From Azolla caroliniana (Eukaryota; Plantae; Polypodiophyta), in assembly GCA_043228905.1 (NCBI GenBank), contig JBHGNT010000009.1, positions 13,330,001 to 13,394,000 of the forward strand: 64,000 nt of DNA. The letters run 5' to 3'. The translations under genes and the position numbers were made by a program. The notes beneath the pieces are model-generated. The model saw only the letters and a list, made by a program, of their open reading frames with translations. It had not been told where the DNA came from and ran no database searches. Numbering within the stretch: the stretch's first letter is position 1; every line of letters starts with the position of its first letter. Positions 11,674 through 22,954 of the stretch are shown here, one piece after another.

Positions 11674-14600
11674 ATGTCTAGACCAAACGACGACCACATC
11701 ACTGAACGAGGGAGACAATACACCGAACGCGAGCAACGACGGGAAGCCCTACAGCAAGCCGTCGACGAGATCCGGCGGGATCGGTCATTCTCCAAAACTC
11801 TTCGGAGAGTCGCAGAAGAAGCACTGCAGTTCCGGGTTCTGCAAATCCCCGACGAAGGCAGTAGCATAACAAGCCTGCAAGAGGCGGAAACGATACTACA
11901 GACGCTCGCCGGGGGCGACGGGGACTCGGAAGCATTCGCAACACTTGAGGCGGAGTCGGAAAGCGACGGAAGCGTTGCGTCCCGGTATAAAAGCAGCCAC
12001 GACACACCAAACGACCGGGAGGAAGAGGGGTCGGAAGACTCAGTAACACTGGAGCCAGAGGAAGAAATAACCCTGGAATTCGGTGACTGGCAATCGCCGA
12101 GGGAGGCTGACCGGATACCGACAACAACCGCGAAGGAACCGAAGGAGCGGATACCGACAACACCCGCGAAGGAACCAAAGGAGCGGATACCGACAACACC
12201 CGCGGAGGAACCAAAGGACCGGATACCGGCAACACCCGCGGAGGAACTAAAGGTTCTCACACCAACGCCAACAGCGGACAGAGAGCGGAGGAAGCAGGAG
12301 AGTCAGTGGGACGACACGATGCCGTACCCATACCCAAAGTACCGGGATGAGGCCGACGCGGAGGCACACGTGTACGCATTCCTCCAAACATGGGAAGCCA
12401 ACCATGTCTCCCAAAGACTGACGGAGCCCGAAGCCGAACGATCCAAAGTCGCCGAATTCGGCATAACCTTAGAAGGACCGGCGGCCCGATGGCACGCAAA
12501 GCACTTACCGGGCAGCTTTGCCACATTCGATGCCTTGAAGGCCAGATTCCTCAGGCTCTTTCACAGACAAGTTGAGCAAAGGGAATTGGTCGGGCAGTTC
12601 TACACCACTCGGCAGGAAGAGAACGAGACTGTGCCACAATTCATCATTCGGTTTCAGACCCTGCACAGCCAACTTACGAGAGCACCACTCGAAGACGAAG
12701 CCAAAGCAGTCTTTTTGGCCGCGCTGAAAGAGCCACTTCGAACAATGTGCGGAGTCCTTGTTTTCCAAACCAGCACAATGGACCAAGTTATTGATCGGGT
12801 TTTAGAAATGGACAAGACTAGCCCCTTCTTGTGGATGGGGATGTTACACCGGGCACTCCCGAAGGAGGAAGACCTGAGGTTCCGACAGGCCTTACAATGC
12901 ACAACATGCCTAAATTCGGGCCACTCAATAGTAGACTGCACCCTGCGGACACAATGTATGATATGCAACTCTCGAGCCCATACAACGGACCGATGCGAAT
13001 ATAACCTGTTAAATCGGCAGGCAGCATCGGTTCGACACATAGAACCGCGCAATCAGAACCCGGACGAGGATCGTTTCCGGAGAGACAACCGCTACCAACG
13101 CGAACGTGGTAACAGATACGTTGATAGAAGACGCGATAACTATGACCGAGAGGAGAAACGCAGAGATAGCTACCCCCGGGACTGGTACGACCGAGACGAA
13201 TCCCCGGAATACGAACGACGCAGAGAAGAGAGGCGACAAGGGAACCGAAATTTCCGACGGAATCAGAAGCGTGGATTTTTTCGAAGAGAGGAACGTCGGG
13301 AGGCAGCGAGGAATGACAACCCGGTATCGGTACCGGATAACCGAAAAACCGAAGACGACCGCAGAAGCATACCCACCCTCCAAACCGGGGACAAAGGAGA
13401 AACGAGCAACAGTCACAAGGTGTACTGTTATTACTGCCGTAAGGAAGGCCACTATAGTAACCAATGCCCAAGCAAAACCAATGACAAGCAGCCGGAAGTC
13501 AACATGGTTACAACCGAAATAACAGAAGTACAGCAGGTCACAACCCGGTCAAAGGGAAAGACCGCCGAGTGGGAAGCCCAGGAGGCAATCAGAAAACAAG
13601 CGGCACAATGGATCAAGGAGGCCAATGAACAGAATGCGGCAGAAGTAAGAGACCAAAATATGCCAAAAGACGAAGAAATCATACAGCCAGGAGAAAACCC
13701 GACGTGGCAAGCGCTACAGGACTGTCAAATCGTGCTGCCGTTAGCAAGACTACTACAGTTGGTGCCACGGTTTACGGCAGACTTACAGGCATCCGTGAGC
13801 AAACCGAAACCGACGCCAACACCGGCATTCTTCTCCAATCCGGAGGAAGGACCCGCGGTGGTCGATACAAGTAGCCCGGTGATCACGGCAATCGTGAAAG
13901 GAAAAGAAATTGCTGGAACGATTATTGACGGAGGCTCCGGGGTAAATGTCATCAGCCGACAGACATGCGATAACCTGGGCATCCGGGAATGGGAACCATG
14001 CCCCTTCTGGTTACGCATGGCGGATACTAGCTCAGTCCGACCGACCGGGCTTATCCAGGATTTGGAAGTAACGATCGGAGGCCACGTATTCCGGATATCG
14101 GCCGTGGTGCTGCAGCTGAATGTACAAGGCGCGTACCCCCTACTGCTAGGACGACCATGGCTGCGAACGGCGCATATCAAGCAGAATTGGCAGAACATGA
14201 TCACATTCCGGCGAGGGAAAATAAAGGTACGAGTAACGACGCAACCACGGGTGATCACCAGTAAGGAAGCAACTCCATTGTATGCGGAAAGCATTAACAT
14301 GTTGGAGGGATTACCGGACGAGGAAGTCGAGCGGTACCTCGAGGAACACCCACGAATCGTCCCACTATTTGAGGTGGATATCACGGCAGCAGTAGAACCG
14401 TACATTACGACGCCGGATGAACCGGACCAAGCGGCGATTCGGGAACTGCGACAAGCGCAGGAATCCCTAGAGAGGGAAATGACGATATCCCAGAGGGTAA
14501 AAGCATCCCAACTAGAGGAGGTGGACCTCGACACAGCAGACAAGCCCCGACCGGTAAATGTTGCAAAGGAATTGCCGAAGGAAGAAAAGAAGGCAATGGT

Positions 14601-17514
14601 AGCATTATTAACAGACTTCAAGGATGTGTTCGCGTGGTCATACGAAGACATGCGAGGGCTGGACCCCCAGCTCTATCAGCACCAAATTCACCTAAGTACG
14701 GACGCGAAACCGATCGCTCAACGCAGGTACCGGATGAATCCGAATTATGCGGCGAAGGTGAAGGAGGAAATTGATAAGCTCCTCCGGGTCGGATTTATCC
14801 GACCGGTCAAGCAGGCAACCTGGCTGAGTCCGATAGTGGTGGTCCCGAAAAAGAACGGCAAAATCCGGGTATGCGTGGACTATCGCAAACTAAATGCCGC
14901 AACAGTGACCGATGCGTTTCCACTACCATTTATGGACGGGGTGTTAGATGCGGTAGCCGGCCACGAAGTTTACAGCTTCCTAGATGGATTTAGCGGCTAC
15001 AACCAAATACGAATGAACCCGGCCGACCAGGAGAAGACAACGTTCGTTACAGAATGGGGAGTGTTCGTCGCGGTCGTGATGATGTTCGGACTAAAAACGG
15101 CTCCAACGACCTTTCAAAGGATAATAATGGAAATTTTCGGGGAATATATCCCCGGTTTTATGCAGGTCTTCCTTGACGATTTCGCGGTCTATAGCCGGCA
15201 CGGAGAGCATCTCGATCACCTCCGGCTGTGCTTGGAGAAGTGCCGCGAGTACCGACCGAGCCTGAACCCGGCCAAGTGCGTCTTTGGAGTGGCAGGCGGC
15301 AACTTACTAGGGCACGTGGTGAGTAAGGAAGGAATCGCGGTAGATCCGGATAAAGTCAAGGCGATTCTCGAGGCACCAGCACCAAATAATGCAAAGGCTT
15401 TAAGCCGGTTCCTGGGCCAAATAAGGTGGCATAGCCGGATGATACGGCACCTCGCAGACTTCGCTACACCATTACATACCGACGTACACAGGGTACCCTT
15501 CCTATGGGCGGAGACGGAGGAGGAAGCCTACCAAGCGTTGAAGGTTATGCTGTCACAAGCTCCGGTGGTGCAACCGCCGGATTGGAGTAAAAGCTTTCAC
15601 GTCTTCGTCGACGCGTCGGACGTAGCAATCGGCAGCGTTCTGATGCAACTCACGGAGCCGAAATGGTACCGACCGATGTACTACGCAAGCGGGAAACTCT
15701 CAAAAGCCGAACGGAATTACTCTACGACGGAACGCGAGGCATTGGGAATGGTGTATAGTGTCACAAAGTACAGACACTATCTGCTCGGAAGGAAGTTCTC
15801 CTTCCATGTCGACCATTCGGCACTACTCTACCTGGTCTCGAAGGCATCCCTGACGGGAAAAATTGCACGATGGACACTGCTATTACAGGAATTTGAATTC
15901 GACATTTTCCACAGACCCGGGGCGCAGCATGTAGTAGCGGACTACCTAAGTAGACTCGAATCCAGAGAAGCAGGGGACGGCGTCCAGGATGAGTTCCCCG
16001 ATGCCGAGTTGTTCCGGATCACGACGAAACTGGCAACGGATGCAACGGTAGCCGATGAAGACACGTGGCTAACTGAGATGCATCAGTTCCTGAGCACCGG
16101 AGTTCCCCCGGAGAACATGGACCGCGATGAAAGGAAAAGGGTAGCAATAAGAAGCAGACATTTCTGCTTGGTTGGAGACACCCTCTATCACAAGGGGGCA
16201 GATGGCATATGGAGACGAGCAGTGCCAAGTGATGAGAAGGATTTAATCCTCAAGGAAGCCCACTGTGGAATTGCAGGCGGGCATTATGCCGGCGACGCAA
16301 CCGCTCGGAAAAAATGGCAGAGCGGACCGTGGTGGCCCACCACCCTAAAAGATGCCGTGAAGTATAGCAGAGAATGCGATTTGTGTCAATGACTGGGCCA
16401 ACCCACGGAGCAGGCCCGGATGCCACACCACCCAGTCTTGCCTTTGGAACCGTTTCAAAAGTGGGGGTTGGACTTTGTCGGTCCCTTCAAGCCACCGGCA
16501 ATGCGAACCGGAAATTGGTATGTCATAGTGGCGACCGACTATTGCACCAAATGGGTAGAAGCAAAGGCCTTAAGGGACAACACGACCGCGTCCACGACAA
16601 AGTTCCTGTACGAGTGCATATGGTGCCGGTATGGATGCCCGATCGAGCTTATAAGTGACCAAGGAGGACATTTTCTCGGGCAGGTAGTAGAAAGCCTGAC
16701 GTCATTTTACGCGGTGGTACATAAAAGGAGTACTCCCTACTACCCTCAAGCCAATGGACTAGCGGAATCAACGAACAAAACTCTGCAGAACATCCTACGA
16801 AAAATTGTCAACGAGAACCAGACCGACTGGGATACGAAATTGCAAAGCGCGCTATGGGCGTACCGAACAACGTACAAAACCAGCATCCAGACAACCCCGT
16901 TCCGACTAGCATTCGGTTTAGAAGCGGTCATGCCAGTAGAGTTCCAGATCCCCAACTTACGGATTCAGGTAAAGGAGCGCTTAAGTGAGAACGAGTCCGA
17001 ACGAATCCGGCTGGCGACGTTGTTGGAATTAGAAGAAAACCGAATAGCCAGCTTACTACAACTCGAACTGGAGCAAAGGAGGAGAAAAGCTTTCGTGGAC
17101 CGACACCGGCGTGGCAACGAAAAGGAGTTCGAAGTCGGGAAACCAGTGCTACTATTCCAGACACGGATGGGGAACATGCCGGGAAAGTTGCGGTTTCGAT
17201 GGACCGGACCGTTCTGGATCACCAAGGAGTACAATGGGTCGTATCAACTCGGCACGTTGTCTGGAGATGTCATCGGCAAGTGGGCAAATGGGTTTCGGCT
17301 AAAGCCGTATAAGGGAAATATGCCAGCCAACCCGTTCAAGCAAAACCCGGAAATCCGGCAAGATGAGGAATCGACACCGACAGACGCTGCTGAAGATATT
17401 CGGACCGAGGAAGAACCGACACCGATACTGACAAAGACTATCCCAGAAAACCGACAGAAGGATCCGGTATCCACACGAACCGACCCGAACAAATCGGGGG
17501 GGACCAGAGAATGA
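11674..17514 (+). pseudogene. Gag-Pol polyprotein (gag with zinc knuckles, protease, RT, RNase H, integrase) with one in-frame TGA at 16390
   Basis: CYYCRKEGHYSNQC; IIDGGSGVN; CVDYRKLN, FLDGFSGYNQI, FLDD; FVDAS..EREAL..VDH; H..H..C..C, WGLDF, SDQG, NGLAE; GPF motif. ORFs 11590-16392 and 16420-17514 are in the same frame. Confidence 0.95.
12109..12252 (+). repeat. 36-bp coding minisatellite x4 in gag (ERIPTTPAKEPK)
   Basis: Visible in both DNA and translation. Confidence 0.9.
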
Positions 17515-17836
17515 CGTGGTCCAAACAAAGAAAAAAAAAAAAAAAAAAAGACGTGGGCAAAATCGACGCGAATCATAGTAGTGATGGGGAGATCACAAGA
17601 GGTGGGAGCGCCACCATGCAACAAAGAGGCGCCATGCATTAAAGACGGACGTGCGCGTACTTGCTATTTAAAGCATGGAACGTGGGCACTCACACGCGGC
17701 AAACAAGAAAGGACATACTAATTATGGGGGGAGAGGAACATGCGTGGGAAACGAAAAAGGGGGCTCGAGGCAAAAGCCACTATATAAGACACAGGCCTGC
17801 GAAGGACTCACTTTTTACGAATTTTCCTACATATAG

Positions 17837-20686
17837 GCGCAGAAGCACAGAAGAGTGATCCGACGCACAGCGCACACACAGCCCGATCCCGAACAACAGA
17901 CAACAGAAGAAGAATTCGAAACAATGGTACTGTCGGAGGAGGCACGCCAATGGATGAGGGAGAACGGGTTAAAAGGATTGCTGCGGATCGCCGACGCTCC
18001 ACCACACGCAGAACCAGAGCAGGCGGCAGCATCGATCGATTTATCAGAAATCACGGAAGGAGCGGTGCAGGCGCTCACGGGGATAAAAGCAGGAGGACTT
18101 CAAACAATCGAAAACCCTTCAAGTGAAATCCTGTTCGAATATTTCGGTGAGTACTCTATCAGCAACAAGGCGTAACGAACACAAGGCGGAGAGAACCTGC
18201 TGTTCGGAGAAGTGGCCCGCGCCATGATGGAATACGGATTCGTGAATCCTCGTCCCCCGGCCATAGCCAGGTACCGGGCATCATTCTTAATAGCAGCATA
18301 CGAAGGATTACAAGTAGACTGGCTCCATTTCATAACCAAAGGATTGAAGGAGGCCATCAAGAATCTTGTGGAAGGAAAAAAGCCATGGGCCGGGATAGCA
18401 CAATGGCTAACGGTGTTAGTCCCACCGGTGCTCCCCATCACACAAAAGAAAAGAGGTCGGCAGGAGACGATGCCGAAAAAGGTCACAAAGCGCCGACAGA
18501 TCCTGGAGAAACACACCCCCGGATGGACCCAGCAAGAAGCAGAACAACGGGGGGAAGGACCTTCCCGACAGCAACAAGAACCGGCAACAAAGGCAAAACC
18601 GGCAGGAAAAGGCAAAGGGAAATCGGCCGAGGAGGAATCGGTAGCGCGCAAACCAATCCATATAACGCTGCGACGGCCGGAACCGGAACCAGAGGTCTTT
18701 ATACAAAAGGTCCGTCTGGTAGCCGCACCGGAGGAGGAAGCTGAAACAGAAGACTCATCCGAACCACTGGTAAGACTCCCAGCAAGACAAGGTCGGGAGA
18801 GACGGGCGAAAGGACCGGCTCCACCAGTTGACAAAACTCAGCAGAGGGCGCAAGGACCACCTCCAGTAGCCGAGGCGGAAGCAGTACCGGAACCCGTACC
18901 AAGGGAAGCAGCACCAACACCGGTTGTGCCGGACTTCAGAGAACCGGTCATCCCAGAGAAGAAGAATGAACAAGCGCCGGAGCCAGAGAAAAGGCCGGAA
19001 AAACAACCTGAGTTAAGTGAGCAAGGCCACCCCGACACAGGAAGAACAAAGCCACAATGGCTGAGATGGCTTTCGGAGCAGTTATCGGGAGTAGCGGACC
19101 AGTTAGAGAAAGAAGAAACGTGTAGGCAACAGCTGACGCATACAACAACTCAGGAGTTGGTCGCGCTCCGAACACAGATCAAGGAAATGCAAGGGGAGCT
19201 GTTGCAGGCAAGGGAAGGAATTCAACAAGCACAAGTTGTCACCGAGCCTGTCGGGACAACAAGGAAGCAACCAGAACCGGAACTGGAACCGGTAGCCTTG
19301 CAAACTGGCCTTGAGACCGAAAAAATAATAGAAACCTTACGAGAGGAGTTAAAAGCTCAGGAGGCATTAAGGGAAAGAGAAAGGGAGCGGCGGAAAGCGG
19401 TGGAGGACGACAGACGAAAAATGGAAGAAGGCCTCCGGAAAGGTCGAGCCACTAATGACCGACTGCAAGAAGAAAAAGAGAAGCTGCAAAAGGAGAAGGA
19501 CCGACTGCGTTGACATGCCGAGCAGGAGATAGAACGACTGTAGGAAGAACTCCGACAACAGAAGGACCGGGACGATCGGTTAAGAGCTCAGGCAAACCGA
19601 CGCCTGAAGCAGAAGACGGAGGACTTCGACCATCTCTACCGAGATCACAAGCAGGCCGAGTCGGACAACAAGAAACGGGCAGCAGATTACGACCGGCAAA
19701 TAGAGAAGCTGAAAGAACAGCTCAAAGAGACTCGATTAGACCTGGCTAAGGCAATAGATGAGGTCAGTGCCAACAAGGAAGCATTGTCGGCGGAAAGAGC
19801 CCAAGCGACGGAGAGAAGGAAGGAATTAGAGGCGCTAAGGCGGGAAAAGCTGGATCTGACCAAGATCAGGAATGAAGAAAAGGAAAAATCGACCTTCACG
19901 ATCAGCAAACTGCAAAGTACCTATGAAAAGCAGAAAGCGGATTACGAGGCCCAGGCTCAGATAATGGCCGACATTATAAAACGGGCAAGGAAGGAAAAGC
20001 AAGAAGCTTATGCGCATGCTAAGGCGGGGGTTGACCGGATCAAGCTCATCATGTCAGGATGGAGTACCCGAGCTCAGGCAAGCATCAACGAAAGTACGGA
20101 AAAGCTATGGAAGGAGTGGTCACAACAGGCAGCCGAGCTGCAGACACTCCGAGCGGATGCCGAGAATCGGAGGAAGACCGGTGACAAGTTCTACAAGATG
20201 GATGAAGAAAGTATCGTCGCCATTCGGGAAGAATTGTCGGAGGATTTCTACGCTTTAGCGGAAGAACATCTCAAAGAAATCCGAGGGTTGGTAGAGAGGT
20301 TGGATGACAGGCAGCTCGCAACTCAGTTGGAGTTGGAGAGATACGAGCAGGACCGGTTACGACAGGAAGCTAAGGGAAGAACGACGCCAATCACTATTAG
20401 TGAGGGAGAGCGACCGGCTGAAGTTGAACCAACCGACACCGAACAACCCCGACGAGGAATACCCGAAGAAGAACTTCCGTTCGAAGGAGAAGAAGAAGAG
20501 CAGGAGCAGACCGATGCCGGAGAAGAAGAAGAGCTGAGACCGGAAGACACCAGAGCAGAGGAAGGAGGCGTATCGAGCCGACCAGTCGAGACCGGAGAAA
20601 GCGACACTGGTAACAGAACAGAGCCTGGAACAGAGGGAGAACAGGAAGAACCCGGACGAAGCGGTGAGGAAGCACCAGCACCATAG
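17837..20686 (+). pseudogene. Extra post-integrase ORF (~950 codons): globular N-domain, Pro/Glu linker, long coiled coil, acidic tail
   Basis: ORFs 17855, 18212 and 19784 share one frame and are split by a few stops; homologous ORFs occur in A and D. Confidence 0.85.
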
Positions 20687-20838
20687 AATCAAGCAGAGCC
20701 GGAGCAACAAATTTTTACGGAACAGCCAACCCAACCGGAGGTCGGAGACCAGGCAGGCAAGGAACAGGAGGAAGAAGCACCACTTGACACCATCGAGCAG
20801 AGTGTGCTCGATATTTTGGAGGAAGAATGAGGCCGGGA

Positions 20839-20878
20839 GTGGATTCGAAGTGCAAGGCACTTTCCCACGGGCGTGCCA
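20839..20878 (-). promoter_or_regulatory. Inverted tRNA-Arg(UCU)-type PBS at the PPT position of C
   Basis: Plus strand reads GTGGATTCGA-[agtgcaaggcactt]-TCCCACGGGCGTGCCA, then TG, then the LTR; no purine tract adjoins the LTR. Confidence 0.8.
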
Positions 20879-20880
20879 TG

Positions 20881-21245
20881 TGTTGGCCGGTCAGAAGAGC
20901 AAGGACAAGTGGGAAGGCGGAGTCGGATCGGATAATAGGAAGTAAATAATAGTAGAATTATTATTCGGAGGGACGGATCCGGACCGATTCGGATGTCGGT
21001 TGCCTAAGCGCACCGATTGTAACCTTGCCGGATGCCTATAAAAGGATCCGATGAATTGTAAAGGGTTTGACGGAAGTAATACAAAAGTAATTATTGCGTG
21101 TTTATCTGTATCTTCGTATTGTTTACCGTCTGTGGTTAATTGTAATAATCTTACGTGTGTAACCTAGCATCCAATCCTTACCACCCCTTTGGAGAAGTGT
21201 CGGATAGACACCTGTGTTGAGGCTAGTCCGGCCAGGCAGATAACA
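20881..21245 (+). repeat. 3' LTR of C
   Basis: TGTTGGCCGG start (same as the B LTR at 4611) ...ATAACA. Confidence 0.92.
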
Positions 21246-22210
21246 TCCTCCGCGGCGTTGGCCGTTTTTGTGTGTCCCTGTGGCGTGGGGCGAGGATTCC
21301 GCCTGGTCCACACTATTTTCCGCGTTTTCTGAAGATGGTGTGGGCTGGACCTCTTGTTGGTTAATGGTTTCGCTGTCTGGTCCTATGGGGAACTCCACTC
21401 GTTCGTCCCCGCTATTCTCTCCCGTTGTCCTCCCTAGTGATCGGGCCTAAGGTTCCTCTTCTTCGACTGTGACCGGAATTGGTGTCCCGCTGGGTTCCTC
21501 GTTTGTGTGCGTGTTGCCGGTTTATGTGATCTGGTGAAATAGCTCCTCCTGACTTTCACCAAAATCATCTAGGAGTTGTGCGAGTTCTTCGGAGTGTTGG
21601 TATGCTAACGCGTGATAGTCTTGCGCTAGGTCCTCCCGTACGGTCGCAATGCTCTCCTCGTTTAGCTTATAAAACCCTCAGCCGTCTTTCCGCCGGCTCT
21701 CCCAGTCCGCACGATACGCGTGCAATTCCGCTGCTTGGGTTGCCCACGCCATCCATCCTTTGTCCAATGCTGTTTTCAATTGCGTTGTGAACCTTTCCCG
21801 GGTTGTCTGGAGAAGGATGCACACGTTATCCGTGATGGCCTGGCAGCGGTTGCGTGCGTCTTCCATTGACTTCTGGAGATTCGCAATTTCCTGCTGTTTA
21901 ACGGCTGCCGCTTCCTCGTACGTGGCTTTCAGGCCCTCCCACAGCTGGGATTCCTTTTCATGCTGTTCTTCTAATTTCCCCATTTCATTGTTTAGGCGGA
22001 TTTCGAGTTGATGCCTTCTATCTTGTTCGACTACCAACTGCTCATCGAACCATACCTTCTTTTTTTCTAATAAGGCCCGAAGTCCCACTATTGCCACCTC
22101 TGATTTCTTCGCGTCCTCTCGTAATTGGGCGTTGTCGTCTTTTGTCCGGATGTGCTAGGCTACCTCCGTAGCTAGTTTCTCTTCAAGCGTTTTTACGGCC
22201 TTTCGTCCGT

Positions 22211-22915
22211 TGTCGTAGTGTATTCCACACACTACGTGAAAACCATAAAATAATATATCCGAATTTAGATACATATAAATAAATAAATAATATATCAAAA
22301 GAATTTATCACGTGCATAGGGCAGGATTCGAACCATGCACCTCCACATAGATAAACCCCAACTTTACCATTGTAATAACTTATCTTTAGTGTTATACATA
22401 TAGATTTAATACGTATAAGACCTTTATTTACACATACCTTTATTAAAAGGTAAAAATCATGTATTCTTTAGAGTGTGAATATTTTATTTACACGTGACAT
22501 TAAAAGTGACTCATGCACATCTAGCGTGCACGAGCCCTATATTTAGGAAATGATAAAACATCACATGCACATTTAGTGTGCATGGGCACTTTAGGTGAAA
22601 AAGCATGAAGCCATGCTTAGCCTCTTCCATCTTTATATAAGGAGGAGAAAAATATGTATATGGTTGTTGATTAATATACAAGTTTTGATCAATCTAATAT
22701 ATTCGTGGGATTCATGAATTTTGCCATCTAAATTACTCTTATAATCTAAATATTGTTTTAATTACACTAAACTCGTGGGATTCACGAGGTTACTACCTTA
22801 CTTCTCTTCCTATTATTCATAACTAGCCTTAAGTTGTATTCCTCTTCCTCCTAGTCCAAAACCTCGGCGGTTCCCACCCGACTCACGCAACGATCCGGAG
22901 CCGAAGGGCACGACA
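22211..22915 (+). repeat. 5' LTR of E
   Basis: TGTCGT...ACGACA; repeated at 28587-29291. Confidence 0.97.
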
Positions 22916-22919
22916 CAGT

Positions 22920-22937
22920 TGGTGAACCCGACGTGAA
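22920..22937 (+). promoter_or_regulatory. PBS, tRNA-Trp
   Basis: TGGTGAACCCGACGTGAA, complement of the remembered plant tRNA-Trp 3' end; same motif at 49246 and (decayed) 36411. Confidence 0.85.
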
Positions 22938-22954
22938 AAACGGGTGGCAAGGAG

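Larger units (their letters stand above)
11291..21245 (+). mobile_element. Element C: nearly full-length Athila/OTA-like Ty3/gypsy LTR retrotransposon
   Basis: Two LTRs, PBS, gag-PR-RT-RH-IN in one frame, extra ORF; the first ~60 bp of the 5' LTR are missing. Confidence 0.95.

Noticed and set aside
11622-14651. Many antisense and overlapping ORFs over gag-pol (also throughout E, F and G)
   Set aside because: Shadow frames of GC-rich TE coding sequence with no motifs.
16390-16392. Programmed stop-codon readthrough in integrase
   Set aside because: Best explained as a CGA-to-TGA deamination; C has similar stops elsewhere.
20818-20842. Purine-rich GGAGGAAGAATGAGGCCGGGAG as the PPT of C
   Set aside because: It lies about 40 nt from the LTR start fixed by homology to B and A; a PPT should abut the LTR.
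22318-22378. Functional tRNA gene
   Set aside because: Only the A/B boxes are recognisable; no acceptor or anticodon stems can be drawn.
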